From an uncultured virus (IMG/VR IMGVR_UViG_3300021185_002316) (taxonomy: Duplodnaviria; Heunggongvirae; Uroviricota; Caudoviricetes): a stretch of 64,000 nucleotides of DNA. The notes beneath the pieces were generated by a model. It did no database searches. It was given only the letters and a program-made list of their open reading frames with translations, and was not told the origin of the DNA. Position 1 is the stretch's first letter. Every line of letters begins with the position of its first letter. The translations under genes were made by a program, and so were the position numbers. Location: IMG/VR virus record IMGVR_UViG_3300021185_002316. The stretch is one strand, 5' to 3'. Shown here one piece after another: positions 27,012 to 39,300 of this stretch.

Positions 27012-30000
27012 TGGAACAAGACTACAGTAAGTACTTAGTAAAACCAGAAGACGTAGCGACAATTGATGAAAACAATTTAACTACTTCAGATGCTATCACA
27101 GCTGATAAAAAAGCAGCTGAAATGACTCCAACTCAAATACGAGCAGCAAGAGCTACTCAAGGTGATATATTAAAAGTTGATTGGGATGGAGCTGCAGACG
27201 TACCGCAAGGTATGGAAAGTATGTATGGCCGTACATTACATAACACTAATTATAATGATTATGCTAAATACATAGATAAACCATTCTCTTTTATATCTGA
27301 TGATGCTGATGACTTACGAGCGCATGGGCAATCTTCAGCAGATAAGTGGGCTAATGGTATGCTTAAGTTTGCAGGTAAAACTGGTACTAACATTTTAGGA
27401 TCTACTGTAGGTTTAGTTTATGGAGCTGGTGCATTTGGTATGGGGTTATTCCAAGAAGGAAGTGCTACTAAAAAGTTCTTTGATAATGATTTTCAGAGAG
27501 GTTTAGATGGTATTAACGAATACATGGATGGGGCTCTTCCTAACTACTACACTAAGAATGAGCAAGATTACAACCTATTGCAAAGTATGGGTACGGCTAA
27601 TTTTTGGGCTAATGACTTTACTCAAGGATTATCGTTTATTGCAGGTGCAGTATTAGCAGAAGGACTAACGTCTGGTATGGCTTCAAGTGCGGTAGCGGCT
27701 AAAGCTACTAAGATACTTCAAGGTGCGAGTGGTGCTAAAACTGCAGGGCGTATGGCAAAAGCCGCAGATACAGCAGCAGATACAGTAAAAGCTGCTGATG
27801 CTTTAATGGATGCTCAACGTTTAAAAAACGGATTAGTTACTATTCGTCAGTTAGGTACAGGTGCTATGTATGAGTCAGGTGTAGAAGCTAGACATCATTA
27901 CGACGAGACATTAAACCATTTAAAAGAGCAATACAAAGAAGAGCACGGAGCGTATCCTCCACCTGAAAAACTAGCAGGATTAGCGGATCTCGCTACTAAA
28001 AGCTCTAATGCAGTGTTTGCAGGAAACTTAGCTTTAGTGGGGTACGGTAACTTTATGATGTTTCCAAAAATATTTGGTAAAGGGTTAAACTCAACTAAAG
28101 GAGCTCTTAGCAAGACAATAAAGAGTGAATTAAAAGGAAAAGTTCGAACTTATAAAGAGGTATTTAAAGACTTAAGTAAAAGAGAGGCAACTGGGAGAGC
28201 GGTGTGGAAAGCTCTTAAAACTCCATTATACGAAGGGGTAGTAGAAGAAGGTGGACAAAAACTTTTAGATCTTTCAGGGCAAGGTGCAGCATATGATTAC
28301 TATTTAAGTAAACGAGATGCTTCATCATTAGGTATGATAAAAGACTTGCTTTTACATACAGAAGACGCTTTTGGTGATGCTTATGGATCTAAAGAAGGTC
28401 AGAAAGAAATAGGTATAGGATTCTTACTTGCCGCAATGGGGCTACCAGGACGAGCAACGACTACAAATAAAGATGGTAAAACATCTAAAAAATTAACTTG
28501 GCAAGGTGGTGTTTGGGGTAGTATACAAGATGCAAAAGCTCAGCAAGAAGCTATAACTAAATTACGTAAAAGACTAGAAAGTATGCCTAACGGTATGCAG
28601 GCGTTTTCTCGTAATATGGATACATTAATACGTAATCAGGTAATACAAGATAGTAAAGATTTTAATACTATTATTGATAATCCGTTTGGCGTACATAATG
28701 CAGAGCATGATGAAATTTTTAATTACGTTTCATCTAGAATTAGAGCTGGATTTGAGTCCGAACTTTATGATGATATAAAGCATATACGTAAAATGCCTTT
28801 AGAAGAGTTTAGAACTGCTTTCCAATACAATGAAAAAGGAGATTTAACAGACAATCAATTAAAAAAGCGTAGAGAAGATATAGCCAATAAAATGGAAGAG
28901 CGTATTGAATCTATTTCAACTACGTTGACTAAGCTAGATCAATCGTTTGTTAATTTTGGAGAAGACCAAAAAAATGCAATTGCACATGCATTGTCTATAG
29001 CTGAAAATTCAGATGCTAGAGAAGACTCAATAATATCTGAATTAGGTAAATTAAAGTTTGATGTAAATATAGAAGTAGAAGAAGATAAAGCAGCTGTAGA
29101 TAAAAGAGAGGCAGACGAGTCAAAACTTAGGTTAAAAAATATATGGCAACGGTTATCTCCTAAAAAGAAAAAAGCAGTTTTAGAAGACAATGCGGAAGCG
29201 GTAGAAAAGGTAAAAAAGACTTTAAACATTAAAGAGCTTACAGACCCTTCTCACATTGAAGAGCTTCATAGAACTTTAGCTGAAGAACAAAACGAGTTAA
29301 TCCAGCAGATTGAAGAGATTACTGCAGATGAGTCTTTAGGTGAAAAAGAGAAAGAGAAAAAACTTTTAGAACTTGGTAAAAAACAAGAAGCTGGTCTACT
29401 TAGATCTGCTGAATTACAAAAAGCTATTAATGAAGGCTTAGATCCGTACATCAGTGCTCAAGAACAAAAGATGTTAGACGCTTGGACTAAAGCTAATCCT
29501 TTAGAGTCTGCTAAAAGCTTAGAAGATGTTAAAAGTAAACTTAAAGATCTTAGAAAATTAAGAGCTCGTAGACATAGAGCTATTAGCATGTTTAACGAAC
29601 TTCAAGGTTTACGAGAAGAAGGCGCTTGGAATCCAAAAGGATGGTGGAAAGTATGGGGAATGGAACAAGGAGAGCTTATTCCGCAGCCTGAACTATTGAT
29701 GCAGCGTATGCTAGACACTACCTTATATCAAAGTGAGGATAGTGGTAATAAGCAACTAGATAGGCTATACTCTAACTTTAAGGGTAAAATTGTAGAATTC
29801 CAATATAAAAATGAAAAAGGGGAAACTTCTACAAAACGTTTTTATGTAACTCCAGGGCAACTAACTTCTGAAGGAGATAAGTTGCTACAACCAATACCGT
29901 CATTTGATACTATCGCTTTATTAAAACAAAAGCAAGATCTACAGGAAGAGTTAGAAGGTTTAAAAGCTGAAGAAGCATTATTAGAGGATGATGACATTAC

Positions 30001-33000
30001 TTTAAATGTTCTTTCAAATGCTAAAGCTAGAGTACAAGAGAGTTTAAATTCAGTTGAAGATACACTTGCTAAGCATGAGCACATTACTGATACATCACCT
30101 GCAAATGTAGGGTTTTTACTAAATGCTAGTAGTCCTATATCTGTAGTTAATGAAGCTAAAATAGCAACTGAATCCTTAGAGGCTGTAACAAAAGAAATAA
30201 ACAAAAAATTATCTAATAAAACTTCAGATTTAAAACTTGAAATAGATTCTGCAGTTAAAGAGTTAAAGACAGATGAAGCTTTATTAGATGAACTTTTAAA
30301 TCAAGACGTACAAACACAAGAAGATGTAGGTGTAATAACTAAACTACAAAATAGTGCAACAAGTATAAAAAAGCACATTTTAAGTTTAGAAACAGCATTA
30401 ACAGAAATTGAAAAAGATTTAAGTATAATACATAATTTTAACAAAAAATCTTTAAAAGTTAAAACTGCTGAGCAAGCTAGAACTCTTATTACAACTTTAT
30501 TTAACGAGTCTTTTGAATCTAAAGATTACTCAGATTTATACAAAGAAATATTAGAAAATTCTGTGTATAGTATGGTAGTAAATAAAGATAAATCTTCAGA
30601 TACTATAGTAGATTTAAATAAACTAAAAGCTTTAAAAGCTGAACTTGAAGAGACTGGTGAAGTTACAAAAGAAATGCTGCTAAAAGCTAAACCTTCTATT
30701 AAAAGGTTGTACAATCAGTTAGCTAAACTAGAAAAAGCTTTAGCAGATATAGAGAGCGCCATAAAATTTAGAGCAGACGGAACACCTTATAAGAATACAT
30801 CAGCTGCTAAGTTAGCAGATAGAAGAAAAGCTTTAGGTGAACTTGAAATTGCAAAAGATAAATTAGAAGCTGCTAAAGAGCAATATCGCGACTCGTTAAA
30901 TGACCTGTACGCCGGCGTAGCAACTATTTCAAGTGTTGCAGGAGATTTATACGATCATTTAATATTTACTTTACATACTATTCAAGAGTTTCAAAACCCA
31001 ACACCTAAAGCTGAAGAATTAGATGAAGGGGTTGAGGCAACTCAAAATACAATTATGACTGAAGGAGAGTTAGCTGAAGCTCAGCAAGCTTTTGGGAAAG
31101 GTAAACCATTCTTTTCTTCTGCTATTGGATCTCACGGATTATTTAAAACAGCTACTGATCAACTTACTGCAGAGAGAGACCTTCAAGAGTTGCTTGACGC
31201 ACAAGCGGCTGGAAAAGATGTAGATGTAAGTAAAGTATATGCTCTTGAAGCGCACTTAAGATTTCATGCTTTTTTAGGAGCAGAAGATTTTACAAAACCG
31301 TCTACTGCTACAAAATATAAGTTAATGATAGTGCACAGAGAAAATGTGCCAAGCGGTATATCAGATGACGTGTTTTTTTATGACAGTACTGGATATAGCA
31401 GAGGAAAAGCTTTAGGGCAAGGAGAAAAAAGTACTTTAAAATCAGAAGAAAACGAAAACATTCTTTTTGTTGTTACTGATGCAAAGGGGACTCCAATAAC
31501 TAGATTAGATAAATTTGGTGAGGCAAAACCTGTGTACGCATCTATGCCTACATCTGACTTAACAAGGTCGGTTACAGTAAATAAAAAAGGTGCAAAAATG
31601 GATGTTTACCGATATGGTAAATCAGATTTAAAGCCAAGTACTATAAAAGTTGTAACAGATGTAAATGATGTACAGCATTATACAGGAGAGGTCCTTAGTA
31701 CTGTCCAAACAGCAATAAATGCGCATAAAGCTAGAAGAAATGAATATCTAGCAATGCAAGAGAATGAGTTTGTAGATATTATAGGGCTTAATAACCCAAT
31801 GGTTAATAAAAATACAAGTGCGGTTAAAAGTTTACCTTCAACTTCTATTAAAAATAATACTTCTCAAATTGATTTAAGGCTTAATATTAGTAAAAAGGGA
31901 GAAGCTAGAAGCTCAGTATATGTTGGGAACAATAAAAGCTCAATGACATTAAAAGCAGGTATGCCTTACACACATTTAAATGGTAAGTTAGTTCCTATGT
32001 ATAATAATATGTTGAGTGAAAGTTCTGCCGAGACCGTATTCCAACTTTTTAAAATAGCAGCTAAAAATCACAATAGAATGCTTGAGGGTAAGATGAGCCC
32101 AGAGCAAGCAAAGCGAGTAGATCCTTCTGATGACAAGAGCTCGGAGATAATGCACGTGTTAAAGAATATGGTATTCTTTGGTCCTAGAACTAGAGGAAAG
32201 TCTGACAACGCATTACAGAAATCTTTAAGGTTTGAGTTACGATACACAGAGTCTGGATTTACAGTGTTCTACGGTGATTACGGATCTATTACAATGCAGC
32301 AACTTCTTGAAGAAGAAGCTACAATGGAGTTATCGCAGTTAAGTGAGCACATTAAAACTCTAAGACACAATATTAATAGGTTTAGTTTGGCTCAGGATAT
32401 AACTGCTAGAAAAGGCGGAACAGAAGTAGAAGAATGGCAAAAAAGATTAGACGCATATACTGCTACTTTAAAAAAACAAAAAAAGCCATTATCTGCTAAA
32501 GCTATAAAGTATAAGCAAAATATGTGGATGCGTAAAAAAGGCAATAAACGCCCAAGCACAGCTGCAGAAAATATTAATTATGAGAGTTTTAAAGAGTATA
32601 GAATAGATAATAAAGGAAAAATTGAAACATACGATTGGACTAACTATACTGATTATTTATTAGGGGATGGTACAGGTAACTTTAAACGTGCTAACGGTAA
32701 TGAAATACCTTTGTATTCTTATCTAAATGATAAAATCTCAGAAAAAAATAAAAACTTTGGTAGAGGAGCTCAATTTCTTAATAGCTATTTGTTGATTGGA
32801 AACAAAACTATGCTAAAAGAAGATCTAAAGAAAAAAAGCGAAAAAGAAGAAGCAACAGAAACTGAAGAAAAAACTGTAATAAATGAAGAGTTTGAACAAG
32901 AAATGCAAGATCTTTCTGACGTAGTTGAGAAAACTGTTCCAAAATATGACAATAAAGTTATTACTGCTAAGCGAGGAAAAACTTCTCTTGAATTTAAAAT

Positions 33001-33301
33001 AAAATATAAAAATGGTATATTTGATGAATTTGAGCTTTTAAAGCATGACTCTAAAGTAGAAGATTTTTCTATAAAATTTGAAGAAGCTATGAGTGAACAG
33101 CTTGTAGATGAGAATGAAGCCGGAGTTTTAAGAATATTAGACAAGTTTTTTGAAGAAGGAGAGTACGTTTTACCTGATTTAAGCGAAGAAACTTCTGAAG
33201 AAACTTCGGAAGAAGCTCCAGATAAGAGTGTAAAAAAGAAAGGTAAAGGGAGAAAACAGCAACCAACTACCAAAACAACAACAAACGAAGAAGATTGCTA
33301 A
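27011..33301 (+). CDS. Giant ejected cargo protein (2096 aa)
   Basis: QS..DKWANG..K, LPNYYT, NFWAND and EG..EEGGQ motifs typical of the crAss protein preceding the vRNAP; long coiled coils; the only Cys is the last residue. Confidence 0.7.
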   Translation: MEQDYSKYLVKPEDVATIDENNLTTSDAITADKKAAEMTPTQIRAARATQGDILKVDWDGAADVPQGMESMYGRTLHNTNYNDYAKYIDKPFSFISDDADDLRAHGQSSADKWANGMLKFAGKTGTNILGSTVGLVYGAGAFGMGLFQEGSATKKFFDNDFQRGLDGINEYMDGALPNYYTKNEQDYNLLQSMGTANFWANDFTQGLSFIAGAVLAEGLTSGMASSAVAAKATKILQGASGAKTAGRMAKAADTAADTVKAADALMDAQRLKNGLVTIRQLGTGAMYESGVEARHHYDETLNHLKEQYKEEHGAYPPPEKLAGLADLATKSSNAVFAGNLALVGYGNFMMFPKIFGKGLNSTKGALSKTIKSELKGKVRTYKEVFKDLSKREATGRAVWKALKTPLYEGVVEEGGQKLLDLSGQGAAYDYYLSKRDASSLGMIKDLLLHTEDAFGDAYGSKEGQKEIGIGFLLAAMGLPGRATTTNKDGKTSKKLTWQGGVWGSIQDAKAQQEAITKLRKRLESMPNGMQAFSRNMDTLIRNQVIQDSKDFNTIIDNPFGVHNAEHDEIFNYVSSRIRAGFESELYDDIKHIRKMPLEEFRTAFQYNEKGDLTDNQLKKRREDIANKMEERIESISTTLTKLDQSFVNFGEDQKNAIAHALSIAENSDAREDSIISELGKLKFDVNIEVEEDKAAVDKREADESKLRLKNIWQRLSPKKKKAVLEDNAEAVEKVKKTLNIKELTDPSHIEELHRTLAEEQNELIQQIEEITADESLGEKEKEKKLLELGKKQEAGLLRSAELQKAINEGLDPYISAQEQKMLDAWTKANPLESAKSLEDVKSKLKDLRKLRARRHRAISMFNELQGLREEGAWNPKGWWKVWGMEQGELIPQPELLMQRMLDTTLYQSEDSGNKQLDRLYSNFKGKIVEFQYKNEKGETSTKRFYVTPGQLTSEGDKLLQPIPSFDTIALLKQKQDLQEELEGLKAEEALLEDDDITLNVLSNAKARVQESLNSVEDTLAKHEHITDTSPANVGFLLNASSPISVVNEAKIATESLEAVTKEINKKLSNKTSDLKLEIDSAVKELKTDEALLDELLNQDVQTQEDVGVITKLQNSATSIKKHILSLETALTEIEKDLSIIHNFNKKSLKVKTAEQARTLITTLFNESFESKDYSDLYKEILENSVYSMVVNKDKSSDTIVDLNKLKALKAELEETGEVTKEMLLKAKPSIKRLYNQLAKLEKALADIESAIKFRADGTPYKNTSAAKLADRRKALGELEIAKDKLEAAKEQYRDSLNDLYAGVATISSVAGDLYDHLIFTLHTIQEFQNPTPKAEELDEGVEATQNTIMTEGELAEAQQAFGKGKPFFSSAIGSHGLFKTATDQLTAERDLQELLDAQAAGKDVDVSKVYALEAHLRFHAFLGAEDFTKPSTATKYKLMIVHRENVPSGISDDVFFYDSTGYSRGKALGQGEKSTLKSEENENILFVVTDAKGTPITRLDKFGEAKPVYASMPTSDLTRSVTVNKKGAKMDVYRYGKSDLKPSTIKVVTDVNDVQHYTGEVLSTVQTAINAHKARRNEYLAMQENEFVDIIGLNNPMVNKNTSAVKSLPSTSIKNNTSQIDLRLNISKKGEARSSVYVGNNKSSMTLKAGMPYTHLNGKLVPMYNNMLSESSAETVFQLFKIAAKNHNRMLEGKMSPEQAKRVDPSDDKSSEIMHVLKNMVFFGPRTRGKSDNALQKSLRFELRYTESGFTVFYGDYGSITMQQLLEEEATMELSQLSEHIKTLRHNINRFSLAQDITARKGGTEVEEWQKRLDAYTATLKKQKKPLSAKAIKYKQNMWMRKKGNKRPSTAAENINYESFKEYRIDNKGKIETYDWTNYTDYLLGDGTGNFKRANGNEIPLYSYLNDKISEKNKNFGRGAQFLNSYLLIGNKTMLKEDLKKKSEKEEATETEEKTVINEEFEQEMQDLSDVVEKTVPKYDNKVITAKRGKTSLEFKIKYKNGIFDEFELLKHDSKVEDFSIKFEEAMSEQLVDENEAGVLRILDKFFEEGEYVLPDLSEETSEETSEEAPDKSVKKKGKGRKQQPTTKTTTNEEDC

Positions 33302-33305
33302 AATT

Positions 33306-36300
33306 ATGGCGTGTACATTAAATATATATGACAGGAATTCAAAGTATTTTGAAGAAACAAATGCTGCATTACAAGCTTTAAATCCAACTATGGATGGTGT
33401 TCCCATTTATGATATAGAGAGACTGCGTACTTTTTTATACGGTACTAGCTATGCAGAGCACAAAGAGATTAGAGATTTGTTTTTTGAAGAGAATGCTTTA
33501 GATAAAGAAAAGCCGTTTTTGCTTTTGTTATCTAATTTAAATGAACTTGAGCTAGTAAAAAAATTACAAGAAAAACCTGAAGAGCTAGCAACTGCTTTAG
33601 AGAATTTTCAAGATTTTATCGAGCACAAACAAATGGGGCAGAGGTATAGTACTAAAAATAACAAGTACGATACCTTGTATGAGTTTTTATATGGATTTTA
33701 CAATCCTTTAGAATCTAATCAAGCTGCTATTAACGGTTCTGTTATTGGTTCAGGTGCTATGAATGTAGCATTTAAAACTACTGCTGATGGTAAACAAATT
33801 ATAGTTAAAGAGTTATCTAACAGTTTAAGACAACGTCTGAATCAAGGGATGACTACTATCTTATTTGATATAATTGCACCACAAGATTTGTTAGATTTAG
33901 TAGCTCGTAAAGGAGAATATAAAACTACTTTAAATTTAACTTACGGATCTCCTTCTTCGTCTGAGCTTTCTGTATTTACAGAGACAGTTGCGTATTTAAC
34001 TCGAAGGTACAATCAATTGTTAACTCGCCAAGATAATGCAAAAGAAGGTTCCCCTCAATTTGAGCAGCTAGAGCGAGCTTTACAAGATCTAGAGCTGTTG
34101 CTAGGAATGGATGACGATTTTAATTTTGTACTTGAAAACGGTGTACTTGCAAAAAAATGGCAAGACATTAAAAAAGATCATGCAACATACTTACGTAAAT
34201 TAGATATAGATGCAAGTTTAGCTTATGAAGATCAAACTAGCGATGATGCGCAAAAAGATACTGGAGAAATAAACAGTAGAGATTCTTTAGGTATTACACC
34301 TGCAAATCAAGTTAATCCTGTTTCTAGATTAAATAAACAACTTAAAGTAATATTAAAAACTTTACCACAAGTAGAGAAACATCTATCCGCAAGCACAAAC
34401 GAGTATGTGTTTAAAATGAACACTATGGGGTTACCTGATGGTGCTAATTTTGGGAAAGTGCTACGAACACTGTATACAGCATTAGCTGGTAAACCTGATG
34501 TAGCTAGTATGTTTAATGCTTTATCTGATTTAGCATTAAAAGATTATACTTATGCAATTTTAATAGAAAGATTAGGAATTTCTTCCGAAGGTTGGGGGGA
34601 TACAGACATAAAATCTTTAAGTGAAAATCAAGTAGAAATGCTTATAAGCTTTATTAATACTTTTAATAACGCAAATCACACTTACACAATTAACAATGTT
34701 GCATCTACTGGACAGCGTAATACGCAAAACGCAAACATGGAAGGTGCTAACCGTATAAAGAAAAGCGAGTGGCGTCAAAACTTTAAAGCTTTAGCTCAAG
34801 GCCCTCGAGGGATTATAGATACAGATGTAAATAAATATGTGTTAAATTTAGATGCAAAAGTTCAAGGTCGAACTGTTAAAGACAGGTTAAACTATGTAGG
34901 GAGTTCTTCTAAAGAAATGATTGAAAATCTAGCTCTATTAGGAATAGTATTTACAGATCCTGATAGTATGGAAGCTTTAGCAGACTTAGAGTTTGAGTCT
35001 TTTTCTGATGCAGTAAAAAATATTTTTAAAGATGTTGTAGAGCAAGAAGGTAATATTTCTGATGTTTTTGAGTTAGATCTAGGAGGTAGATTTAATACAT
35101 TACTTGAAATGGATAATGATTCTACTATCAATGCAGGTACATTGCAACTACGAGGTATAGACAATTCAACTATATACGCCATCTCTTTAAAAGGGTTTAA
35201 TGATTTAATGGCTGATAGTATAAATGAAGGCTCAGAGTTAGCGTCTAGCTTGCAGGATTCACCTACTGCTGTAAACTCTATAATTTTAAATAACAATGAG
35301 ACATTAGAGATCTCTACAATGTTAGGAACAGTAAATACTGACGATAATAGAGGTATAGGTGTAACTAATACTGGTCTTGGAGATACCGCAGTGCAAGAGA
35401 TCTCATCGATACTTGATGGTAGAGTTCCAATGATTAAGTCTGGTAACAAAACTACACACACAGCATTACGAATTGGTAAAGGATCCCCTTCATATAATAC
35501 TACTGAAAAGGAATACATAGAGAGACTTGTTGGTTATTTAGAGGATGAGATTGTTACGGCGCAAATGATTACTCATGGTGCAGGTAAACAAATTAAAGGT
35601 CTAACAAAAAGAGGTAGCAGTTTACAGTTTTTTAATCACACGGATTTTGCAGATATAAAATCTATTGCAGAAGGGTTGATTAATTCTAGTAAAACTACAA
35701 GAGGTGATGTCCAAAAAAGCTTAGAAACTTACAAAGCATTGATTCAAACTACTTTTAAAGCTCATATTAAAGAGCAAAAAAGAAGAGTTAAAGAAACACT
35801 GCTAGAATTTAACGTTATCAGTAAAAGCGGAAAAGTCTTATCTAATATAGGGATCGATTCTAATCAATTAGAAATGTTAGAACGAAACTCTCTCAATGGC
35901 AAACTAACCGGAGATAGCCTTAATGACGCCTTGTTTGACAAACTAGCTGAGCAAATAGTGTTTATACGTGATACAAGTTTACACGAGCAGTTTAAAATAT
36001 TTTTAGGGCATCCTGCAGTATTTACAGATTTGTTTAAACGTACATCTTTATTTATTGGGCCTAAGAAATATCCAATTACTGATGGAAAAGTTCTAGACTG
36101 GGCGGAGCAAGCTTACCCTAATTTAGGTAATCCTACACGTTATGCTAACATACGTAGCACAAGTGAAGTTAGATATATTACTAGAAAAGAAGTTACAGAA
36201 ATTTCTAAATACAAAAATGAGTATGTAGAAGTTTTAAAAGCATTGCAAAAAAAGAATAACTTAAGTGAAGAAACATATTTAGCTCCAATATTAGACATAG

Positions 36301-39300
36301 TAGAAAAAACTTATGGTGGAGAAGGTGTTGTAGGAAAGTATACACACCAGGACGGTGGTATGGAAGTAAATGATGGGGGTGGATTTATACATATTGATTT
36401 CTATAGAAGAGTTAGATTATTGACAGACTCTTGGAATGAAAAAGCAGAAAAAGCTTATCAAAATGTTATTTCTGGAAATGCTACTGAAACAGATTTAGGG
36501 GTTTTAGCTCCATTAAAACCGCAGGTAGTTGCGCAAGCTTTAGAAGACGGTATTGACATACGTATTGGTAATAAATTTGCATTATTCCCTATACATCCTA
36601 ATATGACTAAAGTTGTAGGTACAGAGTCTGGGCAATCTGTAGCAGACAGTATATATGCTGATATGAATAAGCATAACTTAGATTACATGGTAATGGAGTC
36701 TGCGTCTAAAGTGTCTCCTAAAATGAATTCTAAACTAAGGTTTGACGATTACATAGATGAAAATGAGAATTACAAAGCTTTAGAAGATGACTCTGCTGTA
36801 CAGGTTTACTCGTTAGATTTCTTTGGAGTTCAAATGGATCCTAAAGATAAGCGAGGTAAAAAAGTATCAGTAGGTACTCAGATTTTATCCAGTTTACTTA
36901 CAAACATATTCAATAACGCTAAAACGAACCCTAGATATAAAGGAGATTTTAAACCAGGAGAAACATGGACTCAGGCTGCAGAGCGTTATCACAAATTAAA
37001 CGGAGACTTAGTTCAAAGAGAGGCTCAACAACTAGCTGCAAAGCTTGGTTTCTTATACGACAAAGATGCAGTAGCATCTGAAGGCGAAAGTAAATTTGTT
37101 TCTATAGATCCCTCTATTACAAGAGAATCTATGCGAGATACAATTCTAGATGAATTAGATCGTCGAGAAGTACCTGCAAACATGCGTAATTCTATTTGGA
37201 ACATTTTTGAAGGAGACAACAATTTATTAAATCAGATAGCAGAAAAAAGTAGACTAGAGATTATAATTAACTCTATTATTACAAATTCTATTGTTCAACG
37301 GAAAATGAATGGAGATATGGTTGTTCTTCAGTCTAATTTTGGTTTAACTGTAGAAAATAAAGCTGTAAAACAAAAAAATGCTAGTGAAGGTATTAGAGGG
37401 TTACGTCGTTTAGAATTTTATAGAAAAGATTCTAAAGCAGGTGTTGCATTAGTAGATCAAGAGACATTAGCAATGGAAGTGTACATGCCTCATAGTATGC
37501 GTGAATTTTTTGGTAAAGAAATACCTGAATATATTGAGCTTACAGAAGAGGTAAAAGAAGCTATAGGGTTTCGTATACCTACAGAAGGATTAAACTCAGT
37601 AGAGTTTATTAAAATAGTAGATTTCCTACCTAAAGAGTATGGGTCTACTATTATTGTACCGTCTGAGATGGTTGCTAAGTCAGGGGCCGATTTTGATATT
37701 GATAAATTAACTTTGTATTTACCAAATACAGAGATTATAGAAAATAAAGTTCAGCTAGCAAGAGAAGTTAAAGGTTTGAGTACAATGGACTTTGAATACT
37801 TAGCTACAGCAGATGTAAATGCTTTTAAAGTGCTTGCATATGATTTGCTACCTACAACAGCTGCTAAAAAAATAATTAAGCAGCTTGATAAAATTAAAAA
37901 TGATACTGCTATAATTAATGGTTTATTTAAAGCTTTTAAAGATCACCCTGTTCTAAAAGCAAAGCAAGCTAGTATTGATGATTTAAGAGCAGAGCGGTTA
38001 GAAACTTCTGACATAGAAACAAAAAGAGAACTTAAAAAGTTAGAGCGGGATCTTATAAAAGAGATACAAGAGCAGTTGTTCACCATGAATGACAATGACT
38101 TATTTGACGGGCAAGAATTTGATAAAGTTAAGCTTAAGCAGTTTAGAGCTAAAAGTAAAGATGATATTTTATCTATAGCTAAACGAGTTAGTAATGCTTA
38201 CATGAAGTTAAGCCCTGAAGAGAAAGCAAATAAATACCCTCTTTTACAAACAAGGCAATACCAGGAAAATCAAATGCAAATCTTTATGCGTGATGTTCTA
38301 CGTCACCCAGAAAGTTTTGATCAATTGATTACTCCGGTAGGAGCTTTTGGATTTAAAGAGATTGCTTATGAAATAAGCCAACGTATAACTGGAGAAAGAA
38401 ACTGGGTCAGAGACGAAGTGACTAAAGAGTACACCGGAGAGCAAATACAAAAAGAGTTATATGATAAGTTATCTTTAAAAAATTTAATAGAAACTACTAA
38501 TAACTTTTACCAAACTCTTGGAGGTACTGGTATTGTGGCAACTACAGCTACGCACAACACTAAAATGCAAAAATACAATGTTAAGTTTAGTGCAGATAGA
38601 GCTACAATTAATTTTGAGAAATATCACAAAAGCTTAAACATTGGTAATGTATATTCTTTTGGTTCTGATAGAGCAATTAATGCAGAAATGCAGCAGTATA
38701 TCACAGCTTATGTCGATGGTGAAAAAGATCCATTTGCTGTATTTGTAAATGCAGGTAAAAATGGTGCAGCAGTTCACATGCTTCTATTAAGATTAGGTGT
38801 GCCACTTAGAGAGACTTTATTTTTTATGTCTCAACCTATTATTACAGACTTTTTACGAATGAAAAGTATATATCAATCGCAATCTGCGGCTACATCAGAC
38901 CAGTATTTAAGTAATGATGATATAGTAGAAGATCTTAACAGTGGAAAATATAAAACAACACTACCTTCAGAAAATACAAAGTTTTCATTAGAAGATTTGG
39001 ATTTAATGCTAGACAAAGATACATTCAGTGATCAAGAAAACGCTTATCAGCAACAAATTCTAAATGATTACTTACATTATAAAGAGCTAGCTGAAGATTT
39101 AAGAAACTTAGTTACTATACATTCTTACGATAAAATGACAATTAAGAATGGTAGTGAAAATATATGGCTTGAAGCTTTAGAGATGCATGTTGAAAACAAT
39201 GAAGCTTTTGAAGGAGCTATGGTTCCTATAGAAGATCCTGGTTCTATGCTGTCTTACAGTAGAGATGCAATTATGGCTTCTACTGAGTTATTGTCTGAAG

